Assembly (NCBI RefSeq): GCF_900626285.1 | Contig: NZ_LR131147.1 | Coordinates: forward strand, 1,187,953-1,219,952 | Reading direction: 5' to 3' | DNA length: 32,000 bases | Source of the DNA: Intestinimonas massiliensis (ex Afouda et al. 2020) | Lineage (GTDB): Bacteria; Bacillota; Clostridia; Oscillospirales; Oscillospiraceae | Shown: positions 23,806 through 31,659 of the stretch, one piece after another | How the letters are laid out: each line of letters opens with the position of its first letter | How positions within the stretch are numbered: position 1 is the first letter of the stretch | Notes under the pieces: model-generated | The model's input: the letters and a program-made list of their open reading frames with translations, nothing else | Databases searched by the model: none | Told to the model about the DNA's origin: nothing | Made by a program: the position numbers and the translations under genes

Positions 23806-24588
23806 TTGAAAGGTGTGATAATCTTGGAGCCAAATGAGCTAAAGGAAAAAGCACTTGATGATCTATCTGCTTTTTTAGACTCTCTCGATCCAAAGCGGTG
23901 TCGCGTTTTATCCTACTGGATCAGTGACTATGTTCGTTTTCTCCGTAAAGAAGATGAATTTGACCCTAAAAAGCTGGTTCGTTATAAGCGGGGTTCTATT
24001 GTAAAAGTTCATCTCGGTTACCGAATCGGAAGTGAAGAAGGTGGCCTGCATTATGCTGTTGTGTTGGATGTGAAAAATGCACTGTCCTCTAACACCGTCA
24101 CCATTATACCCCTCACTTCAATTAAAGAAAGCACTGATTTGGACAATTTGCACTTTACTAAGATTAGTCTTGGAGACGAGATTTATCTGACCTTGAGCGA
24201 AAAGCTGACCGCTGCGACCGCTGATATAAAAGCAATTCAGGATGCCTTGTCTGCAAAACTTGACAAAATAGAGGCGAATCCATTTGATCCTTCCGCACCT
24301 GACTATAAGATCCGCCTGGCAGAACGACGCACGGAGATTATGGTATTGCGAGAACAACTGGAAATTTGGAAACGCAAGGCATTAAATGTGATGCGGCTCG
24401 AGAAAGAAATTGGGAAAATGAAACGTGGCAGCATAGCGCTAGTCGGGCAGATCACTACAGTCAGTAAAATTCGCATTTACGATCCCCTTTATCCATCTGA
24501 TTCTCTGGCAAGCATCCATCTCTCTGATGCTGCATTGGACAAACTGGACCAAAAAGTGAAAGAGCTTTATACTTACGAAAAGAAATAA
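23806..24588 (+). CDS. Oversized MazF/PemK-like protein with a ~100-aa helical insertion
   Basis: KRGSIVKVHLGYRIGSEEGGLHYAVVLD...VTIIPLTS matches the MazF N-terminal strands. KRGSIALVGQITTVSKIRI (aa ~206-224) matches the C-terminal strands. There is no ATG start. Candidates are TTG 23806, GTG 23815 and TTG 23824, the last lying 8 nt after AAAGGTG. Confidence 0.7.
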   Translation: MKGVIILEPNELKEKALDDLSAFLDSLDPKRCRVLSYWISDYVRFLRKEDEFDPKKLVRYKRGSIVKVHLGYRIGSEEGGLHYAVVLDVKNALSSNTVTIIPLTSIKESTDLDNLHFTKISLGDEIYLTLSEKLTAATADIKAIQDALSAKLDKIEANPFDPSAPDYKIRLAERRTEIMVLREQLEIWKRKALNVMRLEKEIGKMKRGSIALVGQITTVSKIRIYDPLYPSDSLASIHLSDAALDKLDQKVKELYTYEKK

Positions 24589-24615
24589 TTGGGTGTACGA
24601 GGACATGCAACAAAC

Positions 24616-24644
24616 TTGACAATTTGCATATCCTGTGATAGGAT
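24616..24644 (+). promoter_or_regulatory. Sigma70-type promoter with an extended -10
   Basis: TTGACA (24616-24621), a 17-nt spacer ending in TGA, then TAGGAT (24639-24644). Confidence 0.45.
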
Positions 24645-24716
24645 GATTAAGCAAACAGAGCCGTTTACCGGCGCTGTAAAAGACTTAGCCGCTTGCCGGC
24701 ACTTGAAAAATCATCC

Positions 24717-24747
24717 GAAAGGGCCGCCCATTTTGGGCGGCCCTTTC
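24717..24747. terminator. 13-bp GC-rich hairpin (terminator or attenuator-like) in the integrase leader
   Basis: gaaagggccgccc, loop atttt, gggcggccctttc. Short T tracts follow on both strands. Confidence 0.45.
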
Positions 24748-24848
24748 ACATGTTTATGAACCTGTACAGTCTTGGAACCCTTTCACCTTATCGTATGCAG
24801 CAGCACAAAAAGCATTTTACTCTCCATGCAAAGAGAAGGAGATTGGAA

Positions 24849-25886
24849 ATGAAAGCAAAGCTGAAGAATCCGACGCCGGTGCAGCTTCCATCCGGCTCCT
24901 GGCGCTGTCAGGTGATGGTCAATGGCCAGCGGATCAGTGTGGTAGATCAGGATCCCGCTGTGGCTCACGCCAAGGCCCTGGCTCTGAAGGCAGGGATTAT
25001 CCATAAGAATAAATCCCCTCAGGCCATGACCGTAGGGGATGCCATTGATCGCTATATAGAAAGCAAGGACAGCGTCCTCTCCCCTGCCACCGTAGCTGGG
25101 TACAAGCGGCTGCGGGAACACGCCCTCCAGGAGCTGATGGGTATCCGCCTGTCCATGCTGACGCAGGAAGCCGTCCAACGGGCCGTGAACAAGATGGCCA
25201 AGGACAAGTCGCCAAAGAGCGTGAGAAACGCCCACGGCCTCCTCAGCGCTGCTCTGGCCGTCTATCGGCCCGACATGGTGCTGCGCACCACACTGCCGCA
25301 GAAGAAGCGCTATGAGGCAGCCGTGCCGTCTGGAGAGGATGTGCAGGCCATCATGGCAGCCGCCAGGAGCACAAAGGAGGAGTTGCCCATCCTGCTGGCC
25401 GTCTGGCTTGGCCTCCGGATGTCGGAGATCCTGGGCTTGAAGGGTGAGGATGTAGACGGAAACGTCCTCCATATCCGCCGGGCACTGGTGGACGAGGGCG
25501 AGAAGGGCACAAAGACCTATGGCTCCCAGCGGGATCTGCCGCTCCCGGACTATATCAGGAGCCTGATGGATCCCAAGCCAGGCGAACACCTTGTGAAGCT
25601 CACCAGGCGTTCTCTGTACTGCCGGTTCCAGGCCGTGTGCAAAAAAGCCGGTGTGCAGCACTACCGCTTCCACGATCTGCGGCATATCAATGCCTCGGTC
25701 ATGCTGGCTCTGGGCGTCCCAAACAAGTACGCCCAGGAGCGCATGGGGCATGCCACTGACAACATGCTCAAGACCGTCTATCAGCACACAATGAGCGCCG
25801 AGAGTGCTGAAGCTGCCCAGCAGGTAGACGCCTATTTCAGCAACATTTTGCACACGATTTTACACACAGATTCCGAGGATACCTAG
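24849..25886 (+). CDS. int: Tyrosine recombinase (phage integrase)
   Basis: Start moved to ATG 24849, which follows an AAGGAG SD. SAM-like N-terminal domain. Catalytic signature: LRMSEILGL (Arg), HDLRH (His-x-x-Arg) and a C-terminal Tyr (LKTVYQHT). Confidence 0.9.
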   Translation: MKAKLKNPTPVQLPSGSWRCQVMVNGQRISVVDQDPAVAHAKALALKAGIIHKNKSPQAMTVGDAIDRYIESKDSVLSPATVAGYKRLREHALQELMGIRLSMLTQEAVQRAVNKMAKDKSPKSVRNAHGLLSAALAVYRPDMVLRTTLPQKKRYEAAVPSGEDVQAIMAAARSTKEELPILLAVWLGLRMSEILGLKGEDVDGNVLHIRRALVDEGEKGTKTYGSQRDLPLPDYIRSLMDPKPGEHLVKLTRRSLYCRFQAVCKKAGVQHYRFHDLRHINASVMLALGVPNKYAQERMGHATDNMLKTVYQHTMSAESAEAAQQVDAYFSNILHTILHTDSEDT

Positions 25887-25913
25887 AGCCACAGCCGATT
25901 AAGCGAAATAATA

Positions 25914-25943
25914 TGCCGGGTTCGAATCCCCGACGGGTCACCA
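25914..25943 (+). other. tRNA 3'-end fragment (T-arm, acceptor 3' strand, discriminator, CCA). Probable att core duplicate.
   Basis: gccgggTTCGAATccccgacgggtcaCCA. The ~45 nt upstream have no complementary 5' acceptor strand and no D or anticodon arms. It lies directly after int. Confidence 0.65.
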
Positions 25944-25952
25944 TAAAATCAA

Positions 25953-25997
25953 AACGGTATAGATGCCACTGGCGAAAAGCCAGTGGCATCAACCGTT
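25953..25997 (+). terminator. Long hairpin downstream of the tRNA fragment (likely the native tRNA terminator)
   Basis: A 12-bp stem (gatgccactggc pairing with gccagtggcatc) with a GAAAA loop, extended by acggt/accgt. A second small hairpin lies at 26000-26016. Confidence 0.4.
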
Positions 25998-26115
25998 TCC
26001 GGGCTTTTTTAGCCCGAAAATCCATGGATTCTTCCATAGATGCCAACCGCTGTTTCCCCCTAACTGATGGGATTCGAACCCCCATTTTTCAGCAGCTGGC
26101 AAAGACAAAACCATG

Positions 26116-26161
26116 CGGCGCCCTTTTTGAAGGAATCATTTTCAAAAAGGGCGCCGTTTTT
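26116..26161 (+). terminator. Strong Rho-independent terminator-like hairpin
   Basis: A 16-bp stem (cggcgccctttttgaa pairing with ttcaaaaagggcgccg) with a 9-nt loop, followed by TTTTT. Confidence 0.6.
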
Positions 26162-26284
26162 CATATGCAAATATTTCACGAAATTGAGGGCGCCGTTTTG
26201 TTGGTCTTGATGATCATCAAAGCAGCGCCCTTTTTTTGTTCCCCCCAAAAACCAAAAAGGGCGCCAGCCCAAGGAGGTCGGAAA

Positions 26285-26953
26285 ATGAACAAGGAATTGT
26301 ATTTTAACGAACTGGGGATTGTCTTGGGACAGTCTGGGTTCACCACGCAACCGGAACAGGATGGCCACCTCCCTGTGGAGTATGAAGGCCGACGATTGTG
26401 CCGGGTTAATGCAGGCGGTAGCGTTTTCTACAACCAGGATGATGTGACTACTCTGGACCGAGAGGCGGCCTGCAGAAGGGTCACGGATTCGGCCGCAATT
26501 GTCCAGGAATACATGACATTGTTGGAGCGAGCGTCTATCCTCAACGCGGCTGGGCTACACGAGCCGTACAGGGCACTGATCGAATTCAATGGTACAGTAC
26601 TGGCTGGACGGCAGACAGACCACGGCGCTAAATTTGTCACCTGGGATTGGGATTTTAACCACTCCGGTCTCAACCAAGGCCATTACTACGAAGGAGACTA
26701 TTCTGGAGCAAAGCAGGACTTTGCGGTCCGGTCAGGGCTTGTTCCCTATGAACGGCAGTTTACGCCTGAGCAGCTCATAGAGATCTATCAGCAGTGCTCC
26801 TATGTGGCATTCAGCTGTGAGCTATCCAGAGAACAGGAGAAGGCTATTCAAGAAATCCAAGACAGGATCCAGGAGCTGGTGCCGGACTATAGGGAACGGT
26901 TCATGCAAAGCCTGGACGAATACGATAGCCCTGGCCTGGAACCGACTATGTGA
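26285..26953 (+). CDS. Hypothetical protein
   Basis: ATG at 26285 follows an AAGGAGG SD. The ORF-track N-terminal extension spans terminators and was rejected. Confidence 0.65.
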   Translation: MNKELYFNELGIVLGQSGFTTQPEQDGHLPVEYEGRRLCRVNAGGSVFYNQDDVTTLDREAACRRVTDSAAIVQEYMTLLERASILNAAGLHEPYRALIEFNGTVLAGRQTDHGAKFVTWDWDFNHSGLNQGHYYEGDYSGAKQDFAVRSGLVPYERQFTPEQLIEIYQQCSYVAFSCELSREQEKAIQEIQDRIQELVPDYRERFMQSLDEYDSPGLEPTM

Positions 26954-27062
26954 CGCTGATGGCCGCAAGTTCAGAACAGATAAGGAGGTGATGGAAATGC
27001 AGTAGATATTTCTCCCACGGTGTGGTATGTTGTGTGCTTACCAGAGGAAGGAGGTGAAACCG

Positions 27063-28109
27063 ATGAACCAACACGCAGCGAGAACAAGTGAAAACGGAGT
27101 CCTGTTGAGGCCCGCTTCCCTTGAGGAGGCGGGCCTTTTCTATTCGGAACTGGACGCGGAACAGGACAAGGCATTGGGGACGGTAGGACATATCCGTATG
27201 GATTTCGGCCACAACGGGAAGGAGTTCTGGCATACCTGGTGGCCCCACAACGAGGATCAGCTCAACACCCCGGAGTTTAAGGATGAACTGCAAACCATCG
27301 TGGATACCCTTCGGACGGATGGGCCGCTGAAAGATCTGACGGCGATGCGCAGCTTCTGTGCCCAGAACGGCGGAGCCATCACCAGAGATGGGCGCAGCTT
27401 CGGCTACGTGGTGGAGACAGGCCGCTACCGCTACTGTCTGCGCTGCACCCCCAGTCCCGGCGATTACCAGGGATACCTGTACTGCTATGATAAGCAGCAG
27501 CAGAAGCTGGCCCATCAGGTAAAGCTGGTAGGCCGGGTGACCTATGCAGATGGTACCAAGCAGGAGTTTACTGACCCACAGCAGTATCTCCGAACCATCA
27601 GAGAGGAACTGCCGTACCGCAATACGACAGGATTCCGGTATGAAACCCTTACCGAGAGCCCGCAGGTCAAAAAGGCTGTGGATGATATCATCCTGGGTTT
27701 TGCCGGCGAGGAAAATCCCAAGCAGGTGTGCGATTATGGCCTGACGGAGAAGGGGGCACAGATGCTTCGGGATGCAGCAGACCCATCCCTCCCCCACACC
27801 TACGCCTGGTTTGTGCTGACAGACTACAACACCGCCCAGGAGCAGCTTCTCTGTGAGCTGACATTGGAGGAGGCGATCCAGATCTACCAGAACTGTGACA
27901 CCCTGGAGAAACGCCTCGGCGTCACCAAGGATTCCATCGCAACTGTGGATATCGTCCACATGGCAGGTGGGGATCAGAGATTCTTTACAGACTATCAGAA
28001 GCTGGAAAGCTTCAAAACGGATCCGGTCATTTACGAGGCGGTAGATCAGCTGCATCAGGAGCTGGTACAGAGCAGCTCCGCACAAAATATGAATATGGGG
28101 GGTATGTAA
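27063..28109 (+). CDS. Hypothetical protein (conjugative-element associated)
   Basis: ATG at 27063 follows a GGAGGTGA SD. 348 aa. No family confidently recognised. Confidence 0.7.
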   Translation: MNQHAARTSENGVLLRPASLEEAGLFYSELDAEQDKALGTVGHIRMDFGHNGKEFWHTWWPHNEDQLNTPEFKDELQTIVDTLRTDGPLKDLTAMRSFCAQNGGAITRDGRSFGYVVETGRYRYCLRCTPSPGDYQGYLYCYDKQQQKLAHQVKLVGRVTYADGTKQEFTDPQQYLRTIREELPYRNTTGFRYETLTESPQVKKAVDDIILGFAGEENPKQVCDYGLTEKGAQMLRDAADPSLPHTYAWFVLTDYNTAQEQLLCELTLEEAIQIYQNCDTLEKRLGVTKDSIATVDIVHMAGGDQRFFTDYQKLESFKTDPVIYEAVDQLHQELVQSSSAQNMNMGGM

Positions 28110-28110
28110 A

Positions 28111-29085
28111 GTGACTGTGGAAAAGGAATGGCTGGACTTCCTGCGGGATCAATATCCCAAGGGGAGCCGTATCCGGCTTATCGAGATGAAAGGCGATCCG
28201 TACCCGATTGCCCCTGGCAGTATGGGCACACTGGAAGACATCGATGATGCCGGACAGTTCCACGTCAAGTGGGATAACGGCAGCGGGCTTGCCTTAATTT
28301 TCGGCGAGGACCGCTTCAGGGTTCTGCCTCTGGAGCCTCAGACACTGAAGTTCTACATGCCTCTCACAGCCCAACTCTATGGCCGCGATGACTGGGGCGA
28401 TATGGAGGAGTACGGCAATGAGCTGGATGGACGGGAGCTTCGGAAGTTTGCGGGTAATATCCGGGACGCACTGTTGGAAAACCGGACGTCAGAGGAGGAT
28501 GCCCGGGGCCTGATGCACTGGTATGATAAGCAGGATGGTGTAGAGGCAAAGGTACAGTCAGTGGTATTTGAGGTGGAAGACCGGGATGGACAGCTCTGGG
28601 GCGTGGCGGAGTGCAAGGTAATTGGTGAACTTCTGCCGGAGGAAAAAGAAGCCCTGGCTGAATACATTTCAGGCCAAGCCTCAGATGGCTGGGGCGAGGG
28701 CTTCGAGCAGCGCCCCATCGAACTGGATGAAGGGGAACTCTATGTCAGCCTCTGGAATTCGAGCGACTGGAGTATTCAGACAGAGACGGAGAGATTCTCG
28801 CCGGACGCACAATCCCGCCTGCCGGACCTGTGCTGGACGGTGCTGCCCAGCGACGGAACCCTGATCTGTATCAAACGGGGCGAGAGCGGATACTACGTGA
28901 GCGACTGGAATACGGACAGCCCGGAGCAAAACCGCTGCCTGGCCGATTACAACAACAAAAAGCGTGGTATTACACCCGCTCAGGAGCAGGCCATGCTCAC
29001 CGGAAGTATGTGTGGGTGGAATGTGCCGGGAGCAGACCCCAAATGTTACGAATCACAGCAGCATGGTGGAATGACCATCGGCTAA
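28111..29085 (+). CDS. DUF4314-like domain protein
   Basis: GTG at 28111 lies 1 nt after the upstream stop. The N-terminus GDPYPIAPGSMGTLEDIDDAGQFHVKWDNGSGLALIFGEDRF matches the DUF4314 signature from memory. Confidence 0.7.
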   Translation: MTVEKEWLDFLRDQYPKGSRIRLIEMKGDPYPIAPGSMGTLEDIDDAGQFHVKWDNGSGLALIFGEDRFRVLPLEPQTLKFYMPLTAQLYGRDDWGDMEEYGNELDGRELRKFAGNIRDALLENRTSEEDARGLMHWYDKQDGVEAKVQSVVFEVEDRDGQLWGVAECKVIGELLPEEKEALAEYISGQASDGWGEGFEQRPIELDEGELYVSLWNSSDWSIQTETERFSPDAQSRLPDLCWTVLPSDGTLICIKRGESGYYVSDWNTDSPEQNRCLADYNNKKRGITPAQEQAMLTGSMCGWNVPGADPKCYESQQHGGMTIG

Positions 29086-29103
29086 AAAGGAGATGGAACC
29101 GAT

Positions 29104-29577
29104 ATGACACTTGAAATTACCGATATCTTTGGCAACCGCGTACAACTGCAGCCAAGAGTGGAACTCTACTCCGTCCGCGACTTCATGGGCCAGGAACTGC
29201 CCGGCCTGGCCATTGCTCTGGATGAGATCGTGGACGAGCCCTATGGCATGGAACCCTATGCAACCCTTACGGTCTCCTTCGGGGAATTCATCGGGCTGAA
29301 AAACAGCGCCTACATCGACACCAACAACTGCCGCTTCGCGCAGCAGCTTCTGAACCAGGGAATCGCGGTGGATACCGGGCTGCGGAAATACAGCGGCTTC
29401 TGCGAATACCCGCTCTGGGGCTTCAAGCAGGAATTTCTGGAGGAGATCGGCGGTGAAAACTACGCCGAGTATTCCCGGTGTTATGACGCATACATGAAGG
29501 CGGTCGAGGAGCGGCTCAGCGCCGAGGAGAACTTTGACCCCACGGAACACACCCAGGGCGGAATGACCATGCAGTGA
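29104..29577 (+). CDS. DUF4313-like protein
   Basis: AAGGAG SD. EPYATLTVSFGEFIGLKNSAYIDTNNCRFAQQLLNQGIAVDTG...SGFCEYPLW matches the DUF4313 pattern from memory. Confidence 0.7.
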   Translation: MTLEITDIFGNRVQLQPRVELYSVRDFMGQELPGLAIALDEIVDEPYGMEPYATLTVSFGEFIGLKNSAYIDTNNCRFAQQLLNQGIAVDTGLRKYSGFCEYPLWGFKQEFLEEIGGENYAEYSRCYDAYMKAVEERLSAEENFDPTEHTQGGMTMQ

Positions 29578-29619
29578 TCATCCCGCCCCATTATTTTGCC
29601 CGAGCGAGGAGTGATTGCT

Positions 29620-30222
29620 TTGAAGAAAACCTTTTCTGTATATGTAAGCCCGCTGGAAATGGACAGCCCGCTGGGCAGGCTGACGGATCTGCCCATGGAA
29701 CAGGAAAAGCTGAACGGCCTCCTGCTGGAGCTGAATACCGGTCAGCCGCTCTATGTGGAGATCTCGGACTACTGCGGCCGGGACTACCTGGCAGGGCATC
29801 TGCCGGAGGATATGAAGCTGACGGAGCTGAATCTGCTGGCCTGTAAGCTGGCAGACCTGACACCCTGGCAAAACGCCTCCTTTGAGGGCCTTGTCCGCAT
29901 GGATCTGGACAAGGGGATGGAGGAGCTGCCCCTGAACCGTCTGATCGACCTGGCCAACAGTGTGGATTGCTGCCATGTGGTTGCAGAGGCCGGGAATGAT
30001 GAACAGCTGGGCCATTTCTATGTGGACAACGACTTCCCAGTCCTGCCGGCCGGACTGCCGGAGGAGGTATACGAACTGCTGGATTATGGGGCCATCGGCC
30101 GCAAGGCCAGGATGGAAGAGGGCGGCGTCTTTACCTCCAGGGGATACGTGGTGCAGCACAGTGATCTGGATGTGAGCTATTCCCAGAGCCAGGGCGGTCC
30201 GAGCATGGAGGTGGGACTATGA
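29620..30222 (+). CDS. ArdA-like antirestriction protein
   Basis: TTG at 29620 lies 8 nt after GAGGAG. The ORF is open from 29596. The acidic C-terminal half (EQLGHFYVDNDFPVLPAGLPEEVYELLDYGAIGRKARMEEGGVFTSRGYVV) resembles the ArdA C-terminus. Confidence 0.55.
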   Translation: MKKTFSVYVSPLEMDSPLGRLTDLPMEQEKLNGLLLELNTGQPLYVEISDYCGRDYLAGHLPEDMKLTELNLLACKLADLTPWQNASFEGLVRMDLDKGMEELPLNRLIDLANSVDCCHVVAEAGNDEQLGHFYVDNDFPVLPAGLPEEVYELLDYGAIGRKARMEEGGVFTSRGYVVQHSDLDVSYSQSQGGPSMEVGL

Positions 30223-31247
30223 GGGCCAGCCTCTTCGATGCCCTGGACGGTATGGAGATGGGCAAGTCTGAGCATGACTGGCTGGAGCAGCGGTTCGGAA
30301 GCATGACCGTGAAAGAGAGACTGTTGTTTCAGGGCGCTATGCAGCTGGAGCATCCGCAGACCGTTGAGGAGACCCTCCGGGTTCTGATCGGACTGGATCA
30401 ATACCGACTCCTCTATGGTGCGGATGATGATGTAGCCCTGGGGCGATTCGTTATGGAGCATATTCACATCCCTACTCGCCCAGCACGAGGTTATCTTGAC
30501 CCGGAGATTGTTGGGACTGCCTATCGGGAAAGCGGAGACGGATGTTTTCTGGAGGGCCACTATGTGGAACGCATCAGCCCCGGCCACTCGCTCCCCGAAT
30601 TGGAACCAGATGCCGTACTGCCCGCGACTGGCGACTATGCCATCCGGATTAAGTTGGCCAGCCGGAGCAACCTGGAAGGTGTCTGGGTGGGCTTCCCTGA
30701 CACGGGAGAATACATGGACACCGCTCACCCGGATGAACTGCTCCTGGGGCTGGACGCCCTGGATGCGGAGACCCTGGAGCAGTGCATTGCGGTGGATGTG
30801 GACTGTGCCCTGCCCCAGCTCACAAATATCCTCTCCCAGTATGACTCCGCCGGAGAACTGGTGCGGCACGCCATTGACTTCGGCTATGTCTGGGCGGAAC
30901 AGGGCCAGGGGGAAGCCCACTGGTTGGAGAAATGGCAGGCAGTGCTGGAGCTGGAGGACTGCCACCGGCTGGACCAGGCTCTGGACCTCTCCCAGAATCT
31001 CCACTGCTATGAATTCATCCCCCGCGGCGTGGACTTCGCTCAATACGGTGCGGAGTTGGCGCGCAAGGAGGGCATACTCGGGCAGGACCCGTTGCTCAAC
31101 CAGTGCTTTGACACCGTAGCATACGCCCAGCATCATATGGCGAAGTTTGGCCTGTCTGCCACAGACCACGGCTATGTTGCCTGGAATGGGCAAGAACTCA
31201 ACTACGAGTACAGTAAGCCGGAGCATGGACCGGCAATGACCATGTAA
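30219..31247 (+). CDS. ArdA-like repeat protein (putative antirestriction)
   Basis: ATGA overlap with the upstream gene and a GGAGGTGGG SD. Two segments resemble the ArdA C-terminal module: ALGRFVMEHIHIP...GHYVERI and FAQYGAELARKEG...DHGYVAWNG. Confidence 0.5.
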   Translation: MRASLFDALDGMEMGKSEHDWLEQRFGSMTVKERLLFQGAMQLEHPQTVEETLRVLIGLDQYRLLYGADDDVALGRFVMEHIHIPTRPARGYLDPEIVGTAYRESGDGCFLEGHYVERISPGHSLPELEPDAVLPATGDYAIRIKLASRSNLEGVWVGFPDTGEYMDTAHPDELLLGLDALDAETLEQCIAVDVDCALPQLTNILSQYDSAGELVRHAIDFGYVWAEQGQGEAHWLEKWQAVLELEDCHRLDQALDLSQNLHCYEFIPRGVDFAQYGAELARKEGILGQDPLLNQCFDTVAYAQHHMAKFGLSATDHGYVAWNGQELNYEYSKPEHGPAMTM

Positions 31248-31350
31248 CCAATCTCATATCACATACAGGGGCCGTTTTTCCGATAGGGACAAGCGGCCCC
31301 GTTTTTTGTGCCCTTTTTCGGGAAAACAGGCCCGGAAAAGGAGGAAAACC

Positions 31351-31653
31351 ATGAATCGGGAAGCGAGAGTGCTGTCCTACCTGAAAGGGGTCTGCCTTGG
31401 ACGGGACCGCTGTATGGGAGGAAAAGAACTGGGGCGGACTCTGAATCTCAACGGCACAGAACTGAGGAAAGCAGTCAATCGTCTGCGGCAGGAGTGCAAG
31501 CCCATTGCCAGTGACCGGAACGGTTACTTCTATGCCCAGACCGCAGGGGAAGTTTATGCAACCATCCGAAATCTGAAGAAAATGCGAGCCGGGCTGGATG
31601 CGGCGATTCAGGGCTTGGAGCAAGCCCTGGACGGTTTTCCGGCGGGGAGGTGA
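31351..31653 (+). CDS. Small winged-helix-like protein (hypothetical)
   Basis: ATG at 31351 follows an AAAAGGAGGAAAA SD. 100 aa. GGKELGRTLNLNGTELRKAVNRLRQE is HTH-like. Confidence 0.6.
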   Translation: MNREARVLSYLKGVCLGRDRCMGGKELGRTLNLNGTELRKAVNRLRQECKPIASDRNGYFYAQTAGEVYATIRNLKKMRAGLDAAIQGLEQALDGFPAGR

Positions 31654-31659
31654 GAGCGT

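Larger units (their letters stand above)
1..25943 (-). mobile_element. Prophage, partial. Contractile tail and HK97-type head module. The right boundary is a tRNA-derived att core and the left end lies outside the window.
   Basis: Contiguous phage modules in canonical order: lysogeny, early/replication, packaging, head, neck, sheath/tube. The integrase at the right edge is followed by a tRNA T-arm/acceptor/CCA fragment. Confidence 0.85.

Noticed and set aside
24693-24848. N-terminal extension of the integrase ORF in the track
   Set aside because: The extension has no SD and runs through a 13-bp hairpin. A canonical AAGGAG SD precedes the internal ATG at 24849, after which the typical integrase N-terminus begins.
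24783-25853. 356-aa minus-strand ORF
   Set aside because: It is entirely antisense to the integrase gene, which has clear tyrosine-recombinase motifs. The translation shows no recognisable motifs.
25868-25943. A complete tRNA gene ending at the CCA at 25941-25943
   Set aside because: The sequence ~76 nt upstream has no 5' acceptor strand complementary to acgggtc and no D or anticodon arms. It also overlaps the integrase stop region. Only the 3' third is tRNA-like, and its T-stem has one mismatch.
25913-26284. N-terminal extension of ORF 25913-26953
   Set aside because: The open frame spans the tRNA fragment and three terminator-like hairpins. The real start is ATG 26285, which has an AAGGAGG SD.
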